Assembly (NCBI RefSeq): GCF_006345805.1
Contig: NC_043001.1
Location: forward strand, 53,816,001 to 53,880,000
From: Octopus sinensis
Taxonomy: Eukaryota
DNA length: 64,000 nt
Reading direction: 5' to 3'
The translations under genes were made by a program, and so were the position numbers. This document shows, in pieces, positions 12,790-25,171 of this stretch (position 1 is the stretch's first letter; every line of letters starts with the position of its first letter). The notes under the pieces were generated by a model, which ran no database searches, was not told where the DNA came from, and saw only the letters and a list, made by a program, of their open reading frames with translations.

Positions 12790-13250
12790 GATATAAATGG
12801 AAAGCAACACAAACAATATAAAGAACAACCCCTCATCAGTTGTTGACTGTATATCTGATCTCGTATTTCGAGCATTTAACCACAATATACGCTTGCAATA
12901 AAGCAGTTGCTCCCGCAAAGCAAATTAAATAAAATTTGTGATTTTGCGGAGGGGCAAAATGGTAACACAAACAGGACAGGAAAAACAAACAGGAAGGGCT
13001 GCTAAGCCTAAACGAGGTTGTGTTGGCGAACGCGTAAATCAGGCATGCTCAGCAGACAGACAAGAACACGTCTTCCTTGTTCCAGATACAACGGAGAAAA
13101 AGAAAGAAACACAAGTTAGGAAAAGAAAGAAAGATGGCCGCCCTTCTTGTTTGTTTTCACTGTCCTGTTTGTGTTACCAAGTTTGACCCACCACAACATC
13201 CCAAATTCTATTTAATTATCTTTGTATACCAATACTGAACATGTTGTATG
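12790..13250. repeat. Unclassified interspersed repeat, related to 17750-18300 and 18645-19200
   Basis: Shared blocks CCCC(T)TCATCAG, AATTAAATAAAATT..TTTTGC(G/A)GAGGGG, ACAAA(C/A)AGGAC. Confidence 0.55.
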
Positions 13251-14347
13251 GGGGTGATATCTTTCCGAAGTAACTTTTAATCAAAATAATGTGATGTTGC
13301 CGGAGGGAAACTATATATATATATTATTTCTTATCCTCCTGTTTAGCGCATACGAATGCGACTGTATTGCACCAATTGTAATGTACTTTCTTGAATGTTT
13401 AGGCATAATTTCCACAATACTTGTTGATATCTTTATTCTAAATACGTGGTTAGAGATTCCGGAGAAACAGAAGATTTCATACAAAAAAAAATAAATCTTG
13501 CAGAAAAATATATAACGCAAAATTTCATGAGATATGTCTCCCTCACATTAACGAACATTCATAAGCTGTAATCCAGCTAAACCTAATCATCATTTGTTAT
13601 TTAAGTACAAACTATACCTTTTGTCTCACTAAGAGATAAACATCTTTCATTCCTTATATATAGCAAATCTATGCATTCTACCCTATGCTTTATCATTCAT
13701 CTTCGCTCTCGAATATGCTATCTTTATTCACGTAGACGAGTCTTCCCGATCATAAATCACAATAGTTTCTTAATCAATATGGTTCTGTATTTCAAGGAAG
13801 ACTTCCACATTTGCTACTTACTTCTCTTCAAGTTCTACAATTGTTGCACTTAATCAGACACCCCAACCGGTTCCGTATTCATCCTCCCAAATCCCTTCAC
13901 TGGCACATTAGATTTCATGCATGCATGATATTCCTGAAACATGCATCATCAACTTGTAATTACGCCAAACTCACTCAAATTTCATAATGAGAGATCCTGA
14001 AGGCACCTTCTAATTAAAAGATTTTGTAACTGACTCTATCAACAGCTAAAAACACGCACGCAGAAGAAAATTATACTCCTATCACTAAAAGTGATATCAG
14101 CAAAATTTCTAAATCATAAGCGGCAATCAAATAGATCTCAAAATAACTATCATTGCTAGGTCTAACTAACACTGGAGATTTTGACAAGTGAAATGGCATA
14201 TTTAATATAGCTACGGCCGTGCAAAATGGCTGGACATACTTTTCAAGAAACTTTAAGCTCCAATAATTACGGATTTTTCTACGACGCTGTGATGTGACAT
14301 AGAATGGAGTACAGGTCTTATCTGGGTACCTTCCATATAAACATCAG

Positions 14348-14413
14348 GAAAAGTGCCCAGAAAGTCTGAGTGGCAGAAGTCAATCACAAAAATCCCCGGT
14401 CACCGGACCACAG
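14348..14413 (+). other. Candidate 66-nt exon
   Basis: CATCAG| acceptor and CAG|GTACGC donor; two frames are open; followed by a 123-nt GT-AG interval ending in a strong acceptor. Confidence 0.2.
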
Positions 14414-14536
14414 GTACGCTGTCTCCCTTTTCTGTCTTTTCTAACATTACTTTAATGTAATCTACTCTTTAGGATAGGCTGAGTTTATGCTACCTTGTCT
14501 GTTGCATTCCCGCTAAGCCCAGTCTTTCCTTTACAG

Positions 14537-14640
14537 AAGCTCGGCGCTCGACACTTTCCGCCGTGTCCCAAGTCTATCCCTTCAGTTATATACACCATTC
14601 TCCTCATCTCAAGCTTTCCAAATGCAAGTTAGTGAACTGA
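14537..14640 (+). other. Candidate exon following 14348-14413
   Basis: Acceptor CAGTCTTTCCTTTACAG|; a phase-1 join gives GKVPRKSEWQKSITKIPGHRTTEARRSTLSAVSQVYPFSY..VN*. Confidence 0.2.
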
Positions 14641-15725
14641 TGTTGCAGTACAGATTCGTTGCACATAAGCTGCCATTAATGCAGAATGAATAGGAAGAAG
14701 CAGAGCTTAATGCTGCCATTAATACATGTCTGAGACAGTATGTGAATGTGTTAAGTTAATTTTTATATATTTCTCAAAGAAAAATCTCGTGCTTTTTGCC
14801 CGTGTAAAGAAATCTTATCCAACAGTAAATATATCATTTGAGCAGTTAGTTCCACCGACGTCTCTCATCAGTTATCCTTACTGCATTTGATTAAACTATC
14901 ATAGAATAAATAAGAATTCGTTCATTTCCTTTACTCAGCTATATTTCCATATTTTCTAATTCTTTCGCCTATCATATTCCCATATTAAATTCATTTTACT
15001 TTCCGTTTCTAGTTGTTCCCAACTTTTTCTCTTTTTTTGTTTGAGTGATAGAACTACCGGTTTTAAAAATTTTATGTTACCGGTTACGATCTAATAAAAC
15101 GTCAACATTAGTTTGGCCGTCCACTCCACCCCACTGCATCATTTCTAATATTTCGACTTCTCATCAGAGATTTATTCAATTAGTAGATTATAAAAGATAT
15201 CGGCAATTCTAAGAAAATGTGTCGGCAGCTTCAATATAACTAGGTCGGTACAAGGAAAGGACTAATAAAATTCCGTTATAACATCCAAACATACATGTGT
15301 GTAATCATTCATAGGTGCAGAGAAATTTTGACAGACGAAGAGTCACAAGAACGAACATTGCTACACACAGCCATACATTCTCACATGCATATTTACATTC
15401 TTACGCACTTCGCATCTAAAACAGCAGTATTACATTCTATGCCAGTCTATAGTCTCACGCAGTTCCTAACACATGTACAAGAAATTAACATAGGCACTGA
15501 TATGTCTTTTATTCATTTAATTGTTTCAAGCATCCGACTGAATCCATGCCGGAGCTCAGCCTTGAAGTCCTTAATCGAAAAATCAACTGCATGGTTTATT
15601 TTAGTTAAGCCTAGCACTTATTTTATCGGACACTTTTATCGAACCGCTTTATTACAGACACATAACACCAGTTGTCAAGCGGTAATGGGTTACGAACAAA
15701 GTCATAAAGACACACACACACACAC

Positions 15726-15796
<71 letters not shown>

Positions 15797-15867
15797 CGGG
15801 TATCATTCAATTACGTCTACCAAAACTACTCACGCAGCTTTGGCTGGCTATAGTAAAAAACACTAGC

Positions 15868-15940
15868 TGAAAGTGCAATGAAGGGAGATTGAAACCAGAA
15901 ACATGTGATTGGGAAGCAAGCTTCTTATCACGCAGCCAGT
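15868..15940 (-). mobile_element. SINE S2 head remnant
   Basis: Reverse complement TGGCTGCGTGATAAGAAGCTTGCTTCCCAATCACATGTTTCTGGTTTCAATCCC. Confidence 0.6.
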
Positions 15941-16250
15941 TGTTATTTGTTTACCACTTACCTAACTCGGAACCTGCAATTTGCTTGGATCTGGAGACTA
16001 CTGCGTGCAGTACAATGGGTTCAATGTTTGCAACCATGTGCGACTTTGAGGATACGCAGTATCTTCAGCCGACCATATATAGCTGTACGCACAACCAGAG
16101 TATAAAGCCGTATTTACATTAGTAAATACGTCTTTGTCTTCAAATATTGTTTGTACAGTATATCACCGACCCGAGCATGGTGCTTTACCATATCAGTACC
16201 GGATTCGCTTGAATCCTATAATTTGCACACACACACATTCTCACATATAT

Positions 16251-16462
16251 ATATATGTACGTGTATACACTGTTTCATATAACAATATATTTCACGCGTG
16301 CATTAACCTTATGTAAAAGCGTGCATATTGATACATACACATAAATCACATTGATATGCTCAACAGTAATCTGTTTTTTTTTGCTTGAGTCTAATTTTAA
16401 GTCTATCTTTCAGAATATCTCTCTCCTTTTCTGTCACTTCCGCCTCTCTCTCTCTCTGTCTC

Positions 16463-16511
<49 letters not shown>

Positions 16512-17133
16512 TTCTCTCTTTCTTTCTGTCTCGCTGTATCCACACAGCAACGACTTTTTTTCGCTCCCCTTTTCTAAATAAACGTTGTGCCATGGGTTAT
16601 CTCCCCTTTTGATTTCTCCCGTTCTTCCCACTCTCTAATGGATGTTGAGACTAACAATCAGACAGATCAGTTTCTCTTTTGCAACATAAGATTATGTGTC
16701 GATGACTGGAACAGGCAACATGATATAATATCATATATGCGTGTGGTTTTTGTAAGTTAGAATATATATATTATATATATATATATATATAAAAACTTGG
16801 AGAAGAGAAATAACGCGTGCGTTCGGTCATATAATAATATGATAAATAAATAAAATATATGCATATATACATACATATATGTACATACTTACATCTACAT
16901 GTATATATACATGCATATATATATATATGTACGTGTATAAACTGTTTCATATAACAATATATTTCACGCGTGCATTAACCTTATGTAAAAGCGTGCATAT
17001 TGATACATACACATAAATCACATTGATATGCTCAACAGTAATCTGTTTTTTTTGCTTGAGTCTAATTTTAAGTCTATCTTTCAGAATATCTCTCTCCTTT
17101 TCTGTCACTTCCGCCTCTCTCTCTCTCTGTCTC

Positions 17134-17182
<49 letters not shown>

Positions 17183-17598
17183 TTCTCTCTTTCTTTCTGT
17201 CTCGCTGTATCCACACAGCAACGACTTTTTTTCGCTCCCCTTTTCTAAATAAACGTTGTGCCATGGGTTATCTCCCCTTTTGATTTCTCCCGTTCTTCCC
17301 ACTCTCTAATGGATGTTGAGACTAACAATCAGACAGATCAGTTTCTCTTTTGCAACATAAGATTATGTGTCGATGACTGGAACAGGCAACATGATATAAT
17401 ATCATATATGCGTGTGGTTTTTGTAAGTTAGAATATATATATTTATATATATATATATATATAAAAACTTGGAGGAGAGAAATAACGCGTGCGTTCGGTC
17501 ATATAATAATATGATAAATAAATAAAATATATGCATATATACATACATATATGTACATACTTACATCTACATGTATATATACATGCATATATATATAT
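16251..17598. repeat. Tandem duplication, unit about 671 bp
   Basis: 16251-16921 and 16922-17598 are near identical; paired ORFs are offset by 671. Confidence 0.95.
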
Positions 17599-17717
17599 GC
17601 GTAGGCTCGAAACGTTAAAGACTTGTTTTATTTATATTTCCTGAGCGCCATACTAATACAATTGTTCGTTTGTCTTCCACCTGCCTTCGTCTTTTGTTTA
17701 TTTCATAAAGCTTCCCG

Positions 17718-17750
<33 letters not shown>

Positions 17751-18318
17751 TACAGGACACCATAAATAAACGTAGAACACAACGAGAGACGAAAACATAA
17801 AATCAAACAAGGAAACGGACTTTTTTTAAACGACGGAAAAACAGAGTACAGGACAAACAATACAAGGAAAATTCCCCTTCATCAGCTGTCCCTGGTTCGA
17901 CTCAAAGTGTGTTTCGAAGGTAAGGACAGAACATGCCGAAGCAGTCCTTCATGCAAAAGGAATTAAATAAAATTCTTTTGCAGAGGGGTAAAACAAGTGA
18001 CAAAAACAGGACGTAAAAGCAATACAAATGAAGAAAAAACAGTACAAATAAGGAAACAGGACAGAGAACAGACATTAAGGGCTTTTTTGGCCTGGACGGT
18101 GGAAAAATTAGTTAGAACGCATGTGAAAAATCGGCTTACGAAGGACAGAAGTCGATCTATACTTGTTGAAGGACGAAGCTGAAAGAAAGTTTTAGCAGCC
18201 CTCTATATATTGTTGTGACTTTCCCCAGACACAACAAAATATGCCTCAACACACGAATTCACATAAACAATCTTACAAATCAAATCCGAAAACGAAGTGT
18301 GTGTAAACGAAGTGTGTG

Positions 18319-18350
<32 letters not shown>

Positions 18351-18613
18351 ATATATATAAAAACTTGGAGGAGAGAAATAACGCGTGCGTTCGGTCATAT
18401 AATAATATGATAAATAAATAAAATATATGCATATATACATACATATATGTACATACTTACATCTACATGTATATATACATGCATATATATATATGCGTAG
18501 GCTCGAAACGTTAAAGACTTGTTTTATTTATATTTCCTGAGCGCCATACTAATACAATTGTTCGTTTGTCTTCCACCTGCCTTCGTCTTTTGTTTATTTC
18601 ATAAAGCTTCCCG

Positions 18614-18646
<33 letters not shown>

Positions 18647-19225
18647 TACAGGACACCATAAATAAACGTAGAACACAACGAGAGACGAAAACATAAAATC
18701 AAACAAGGAAACGGACTTTTTTTAAACGACGGAAAAACAGAGTACAGGACAAACAATACAAGGAAAATTCCCCTTCATCAGCTGTCCCTGGTTCGACTCA
18801 AAGTGTGTTTCGAAGGTAAGGACAGAACATGCCGAAGCAGTCCTTCATGCAAAAGGAATTAAATAAAATTCTTTTGCAGAGGGGTAAAACAAGTGACAAA
18901 AACAGGACGTAAAAGCAATACAAATGAAGAAAAAACAGTACAAATAAGGAAACAGGACAGAGAACAGACATTAAGGGCTTTTTTGGCCTGGACGGTGGAA
19001 AAATTAGTTAGAACGCATGTGAAAAATCGGCTTACGAAGGACAGAAGTCGATCTATACTTGTTGAAGGACGAAGCTGAAAGAAAGTTTTAGCAGCCCTCT
19101 ATATATTGTTGTGACTTTCCCCAGACACAACAAAATATGCCTCAACACACGAATTCACATAAACAATCTTACAAATCAAATCCGAAAACGAAGTGTGTGT
19201 AAACGAAGTGTGTGTATATATATAT
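17455..19225. repeat. Tandem duplication, unit about 896 bp, overlapping the previous one
   Basis: Identical ORFs at 17615/18511 and 17997/18893 (offset 896). Confidence 0.95.
17599..17720 (+). mobile_element. Family A Penelope-type terminus, truncated within hammerhead helix II (second copy 18495-18616)
   Basis: GCGTAGGCTCGAAACGTTAAAGAC..CCTGAGCGCCATACTAATAC.., flanked by (TA)n. Confidence 0.65.
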
Positions 19226-19236
19226 ATATATTATAT

Positions 19237-19268
<32 letters not shown>

Positions 19269-19866
19269 CATACAGCAAGAGAGATGGAGAAAAAATGGAT
19301 GTCATTACTGATTTATATACATGTTGTACAAAGATGCGGTTTTTTTAAAAAAAAGCATTATAACTAAATTGGAAGTTGAATGCCCAAAAGAGTTAAGAAT
19401 AATCGTAAGAAGAACCTACATATATGTTTCTGCCAAAACCAATAAGTTTTATAACATTTTGTTTAATGTCAACAAAATTTCCACATTCATACTATTTTAT
19501 GGTTCATAAAGAGCTAACACCACCACATAGGTAAAAATATATCTACAATGATTACCTATGTGGAATTAGTTCTTTTTGAAACCTGAAGAAGTCCAACCAA
19601 AAAATAATACGAATGTGGCAATTTTCTTGACATATTTGTAAACTCCTATCCACTTATTGGTTTAGACAGAAACATAAACGTAGGTATATCTTACGTTTTT
19701 CTTAATTTTATGAGCTTTCAACTTCCAATTTATTTGTAAAGTTTTTTTTTAATGTGATTTCTCTAAAAAAAATAACCGAAATAAATCAGTAATTACATCC
19801 ATTTATTTTTCATGTTTTTCGACTTTTTCCCTCTACAATAATAATTTCAGTAATCCTAAATAGATA

Positions 19867-20240
19867 GGCGCAGGAGTGGCTGTGTGGCAAGTAACATGCT
19901 TGCTAACCACATGGTCCAGGGTTCAGTCCCACTGCGTGGCATCTTGGGCAAGTGTCTTCCGCTATAGCCTCAGGCCGATTAAAACCTTCTCAGTAGATTT
20001 GGTAGACGGGAACTGGAAAAAGCCTATCGTATATATATATGTATATATATATATATGCTTGTGTGTGGATGTGTTTGTGTGTCTGTGTCTATCCCTAACA
20101 TCGCTTAACAACCGGTGCTGGTGTATTTTCGTCCCCGTAACTTAGCGGTTTGGCAAAAGAGACCGATAGAATATGTACTTAGCATACAAAAAATAAGCTC
20201 ATGGCCGCTGTCAAATGACTAAAACAAGTAAAAGAGTAAA
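19867..20240 (+). mobile_element. SINE family S2
   Basis: GGCGCAGGAGTGGCTGTGTGG head, CORE-like motif, internal (TA)n(TG)n, AAAAGAGTAAAA tail. Confidence 0.9.
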
Positions 20241-20348
20241 ATGGAATATACAAATGACTTTACCATTATATAGTACGGATTGAACTAGTGAAATACCTTA
20301 CATTATCTCTGCTGAGGACTTGACTTCCTCGAATTAACTATATAATAT

Positions 20349-20401
<53 letters not shown>

Positions 20402-20403
<2 letters not shown>

Positions 20404-20616
20404 CAATTGCAGCGTGGAAGGTGTTTGTAAGCCATTTAAGAAACACACAAAAGCCGTTCGATTCACTTCAACAAATTAAACTTAAATGTTGAAGTGAATC
20501 GAACGGCTTTTGTGTGTTTCTTAAATGGCTTACAAACACCTTCCACGCTGCAATTGTTTTCGTTTCAGCACACGATCTCAGATCAAATCACTTGCTATGC
20601 GAGTACATCTCCCTAA
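20402..20616. mobile_element. Foldback element (family B): perfect 72-bp inverted repeat plus 58-bp one-sided tail, within (TA)n
   Basis: Arms 20402-20473 and 20487-20558 are exact reverse complements; homologous to 34503-34850. Confidence 0.85.
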
Positions 20617-20650
20617 ATATATATATATATATGTATGTATGTATATATAT

Positions 20651-20710
<60 letters not shown>

Positions 20711-20746
20711 TGTATGTATGTATGTATGTATGTATGTATGTATATA

Positions 20747-20785
<39 letters not shown>

Positions 20786-20865
20786 AGATAGATAGATAGA
20801 CAGACAGATAATTGCTGAAATTTTTCGGGGCCCTAGCCGAGAACTGATGAAGAATTGATCACCTT

Positions 20866-20973
20866 CTGATCTTGTTTACGGACGACATAGTGTGATCAGG
20901 TATTATAACACATCTTGCATACAGGCGTGTACTTATGAGCATCAACACGATCGACTTAACTGCACATTATATG
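20866..20973. repeat. 108-bp direct repeat, copy 1 (copy 2 at 22235-22342)
   Basis: One mismatch between copies (ACTTATGAG vs AATTATGAG). Confidence 0.95.
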
Positions 20974-21289
20974 TATGTGTACGTGTGTGTATAAACATTC
21001 AGAGGTGACACAGACACTGTTATACACTGTTGCATTTCAATCAATCTATCTCTTACTAGTTCTTTAGTTTTTGTTCTTGTTTATATGTAATCTTTGTCAT
21101 CAGAACTCACGCATAAATACACACTCACAGCGCGTATGAGCACAACCAGACACGTAAAACTATGAATAATCCCCCAATTGCTTCTTCGCAGATGACTTCA
21201 CTGCATATTTATTGTTCTATTTGGAAACTTACTGTTATTATTTTTGTTTAGTTTATGTAATATAAATTTCCAACGTAAATGGTTTGAGA

Positions 21290-21400
21290 AATGAAGCAGT
21301 TGATTAAATCGATTTCTACGATGAACTGGTATTTATTTTATCGACAAAGGAATAATGGAAAACAATGAGTAATCTCAGAAAGATTTAAATGCAAAACGTA
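21290..21400 (-). mobile_element. SINE S1 remnant, heavily decayed
   Basis: Reverse complement contains GTCGATAAAATAAATACCAGTT and TCGATTTAATC. Confidence 0.5.
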
Positions 21401-21479
21401 GCTTTAAATAGCATTATTATTTAAGGGAAGTTTTGTTGTTTTTGTTTAAACCGTGGTTAACCTGGACTTGCCAACCACA

Positions 21480-22234
21480 ATCCTGTTGATATGTTTTTAC
21501 TTGGTGGCCCAGGATGAATAGGCAGAAGCAAAGCTAATGACTTAAACAGGGCCTCTAAAGATGATGAATAATTAGTAATTGATAGCATTAATCTTCCACG
21601 TAAAAGCCTGGCTAACTTCCAGTTGGCAAGGCGTTTACATCAGGAGTTGACTGGGGAATTTACCTGGATAGCATTAATCCCTTCAATTCGGAATATGAAG
21701 CGTTAGTTCGAGAAGTATTTCTTCCGGAGAGGTAAGAATGGATATAGTGGCAAATTTGTGGCTTCTAAGATTGGGAACATCTATTATAAATATAGGAGCG
21801 GCGAATGAATTGTGTATGCCTGAGTGGAAGAGTCACGAAGCCAGGCAACTCCGGGGAACAGACACCATTTAAGAAGCGATAGAATATATAGAAGACTGCT
21901 TGCTATGGGCAAGCGCTAAAACGTGTCTGAGATGGAATATCTTACAATCAGCAGAGTGATTCATCTATTTGTAATGTGATAGATGACCAGCAATGTGTGT
22001 GTATGCAGTAAGATCACTTTCTCAGATGTGACCGGAAATCACAGTCTTGGCTTTACCAAAATTTTATAAAATGCCAGTATATTTTTTGTGCTGAAATATA
22101 TTCTAGTCCAGAAAGTACACGCCATTCTCTCGGATGCGTTTCTATATATGAAAAGAATTAGGTTTCCCCAGTGGTGATTCTCGATTATAGTGAGGCTTAA
22201 CATTTGAAACAAATGTAAAGACTCTAGTTGTGTG
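21480..22234 (-). mobile_element. L2/Jockey-like LINE 3' end, decayed
   Basis: IIENHHWGNLILFIYRNASER..RIYFSTKNILAFYKILVKPRL, then RFLNGVCSPEL; fits the post-RT LYK..VRP.LEY / RY..G.CS.EL pattern. Confidence 0.7.
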
Positions 22235-22342
22235 CTGATCTTGTTTACGGACGACATAGTGTGATCAGGTATTATAACACATCTTGCATACAGGCGTGTA
22301 ATTATGAGCATCAACACGATCGACTTAACTGCACATTATATG
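22235..22342. repeat. 108-bp direct repeat, copy 2
   Basis: See 20866-20973. Confidence 0.95.
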
Positions 22343-22954
22343 AAAATCTGGTACACGTACAAAAAATGCACACAGACGCAAGTACTATTTATACACACAA
22401 ATATATAAGCACATATGATCCCGAGGCTTGATCCATGGAGAAATCTCTCGAACTCCGTTCTTAAAACCGAACAACATTTTCACACGTTATTGACCGGTTT
22501 GAATAATTTGAATAATTTGAAGGACAAAAGATATTTAATTTCTACTTACGGATTAGTTTAAACGCATCTATTTCTCGCAAGTAGAAAAGAAAATGACATC
22601 GCTCGTTGATTAAACAAATCATATATAAGTCACACAGGTTATTTCTATTTAAAAAAATAAAGGGATTTCTTTGCATGAAGTAATTAATCCTTAGACTAAT
22701 TACAGTTATCAATGCTACTCAGCTCTCGATATTGATGTTTGGCTTGAACGAAGTCTATTAATGAATTATAGGTATCATTTTAATTAATTAGGAAGTATTC
22801 CATTGTAAATCTGTGGTGTACATGAAATATTTCTTTCTATTATTATTTATACGCCTACTTATGTTATTTTCGATCCCAATTACAATTTTATGGTATATGT
22901 CTTTATTTCCCTTTTCAATCTAACAACCACGTTGAGATTTATCTCATATCTAAA

Positions 22955-23270
22955 GACTCCGCCGGTTACGACGACGAGGGTCCCAGCTGATACGATCAGC
23001 GGAACACTGGCTCGTGAAATTAACGTGCAAATGGCTGAGCATTCCACAGACACGTGTACCCTTAACGTAGTTCTCGGAGATAATCAGCGTGACACAGAGA
23101 GTGACAAGGCTGACCCTTTGAAATACAAGTACAACTCATTTTTGCCAGCTGAGTGGACTGGAGCAACGTGAAATAAAGTGTCTTGCTCAAGGACACAACA
23201 CGTCGCCGGGAATCGAACTCACAACCTTACGATCATGAGCCGAATGCCCTAACCACTAAGCCACGCGCCC
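22955..23270 (-). mobile_element. tRNA-derived SINE family S3, well preserved
   Basis: GGGCGCGTGGCTTAGTGG (A box), GAGTTCGATTCC (B box), GTGTCCTTGAGCAAGACACTTTA core; no tRNA 3' acceptor strand. Confidence 0.85.
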
Positions 23271-23509
23271 TCACTTATCTCATATAAGTAAATCTGGTTT
23301 ACTTTACTTGAGCTTCATTCATTAAATCCGAAAAAAAATATTTATACATGCGGTGAAACAATCGGATATTAGATAATCCTATGTTCTCCAACAGAAGTAA
23401 GTCTGATAATCTTTCTAAAGTAAGCAGCTCATCCGCGCCCTCAAAGATGACACACAGCTCGATATTAGAATTAGTCTGCAAAAGTTGTGTGATCTTTGCT
23501 AAAGGAGGA

Positions 23510-23690
23510 TACACACACACACACACGCACGCACAAACGCACACACATACAAACACATATATATATATGCGTACATACATACAAACATATATACATATAT
23601 CATGTGCGTGTGTATGTATGCGCCTATGTATACATATGTGTGTGTGTGTGCGTGTGTGTGTGGTGTGTGTGTGTGTGTGTGTATAGCCTC
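23510..23690. repeat. (CA)n/(TA)n/(TG)n compound microsatellite
   Basis: Directly visible. Confidence 0.95.
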
Positions 23691-23806
23691 GTGTGTAGCC
23701 GATGCTTGTAACTGAAATAGCATTCCCGGAATCTGTATAGAACGTTGTAAAAATTGTCATATTTCCATTTTAAAATACTCTTTTGTACTCTGAAATCACT
23801 CTCCAG

Positions 23807-23849
23807 TACGCCAAATTATCATGGCAGTGGAATGTTCAGTGACTCAGAG
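23807..23849 (+). other. Candidate 43-nt exon
   Basis: Acceptor CTCTTTTGTACTCTGAAATCACTCTCCAG| and donor GAG|GTTAGT; two frames are open. Confidence 0.15.
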
Positions 23850-25092
23850 GTTAGTTCAATGAACACGTTCTTCAGCGTTTATCATACAATCAAACATTCG
23901 TCGTGTTTGTAACGGTTGTGTGATGTGTGTTTGTGTGTGTCTGGGTATGCGAACACACACGGACTGGTGGGCTTCTGCAAGATTTCCGCCCCTGGATGTT
24001 TCACGCAGAAGACAATACTAGACGCAAGTTGGGTATTTAATTTCGGCATTTCTCTCGGTGGCTCTCAGCCCGAAATAATCGCGCTGCAAAATTATATCAA
24101 TGCACACATTTTCCGATGTATTGGGATATAGATCGGACAGCCTAATAAGGCTAGTACCCTAAATTAGCACTATGATACCATAACGAATATCTTAGTTAGG
24201 TACGATTTGAATGATCCCTTGCGATTATTCAAAGTCTACACTGGCATATTCGGGAAATACATCGGTGTCCGTCCGGCAGTATTGCCTGAGAAGGTTTTGA
24301 ATGGTTTTATATTCCTTTGTGTCATGAGATAACAGTACATAATTTAATGTGTAATACGAATCTCATCCCTTGCCCCTAGTAAGTAGGATAATGCTACCAC
24401 GATGTCTGTCTTTTTGTCACTCATATCTAGTGATGTAAGATCATTGAGTAAGTAATCTTATTTCCAAGATATCTTCAGACCACACATTTTTCTACATGAT
24501 ATTGTGAGGGCCACTGTGTGTATTATAAAATAGAGGGAGAAGTATTTGTAATGGAGGTAATAAAGGAGCTGAGTTTTTTTATAGGACTCAACACCTTGTG
24601 CCGGTTGGTGCTACCACAAGAGTAAAACATGACCTTCCTACCTTCTGTCACCTTACTAGGTTTTACTATTCTGGGCGTGAATAAGTTCGGGTATGTTTAT
24701 TTAGTTTCCTTGAGTGAACAACTGTAAGTCTTTTATTTTACAGACTAGAAGCGCTAAGCAGTGATGTATACAAATATAAACTTGGTATCAGTTCGAATGT
24801 GCTTGATACATATTCGAGGCTGTGAGAAAGCCATGTACTGTACTTTGTCATGGAGAAGAATTCTCGCTGTAGACAAATAGGTGTAAGCACACCAAGTCAG
24901 TTCGAAGCCGTCCCTACACAGATTGAGAGATGCATGCATTTCAGACTAGTCATTAAGACCGGATGTTTGGTGTGGAGTCCTTTTCATATTAATATTCTTC
25001 AAGTACTCCTCCAAAGTAATTCTAATATACTTTACGTATATATTGTTTAGAGCAAACTTATACACATACCGACACACACACACGTACGCGCG

Positions 25093-25171
<79 letters not shown>

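Noticed and set aside
16251-19225. CRISPR-like or LTR structure from recurring blocks
   Set aside because: No short repeats with unique spacers and no TG..CA termini, PBS or PPT; these are plain tandem duplications.
20866-20900. RT motif LFTDDIV in the 108-bp repeat
   Set aside because: A stop follows immediately and no other RT motifs flank it.
23190-23270. tRNA gene
   Set aside because: A and B boxes are present, but there is no 3' acceptor strand and it continues into a SINE body found elsewhere in the window.
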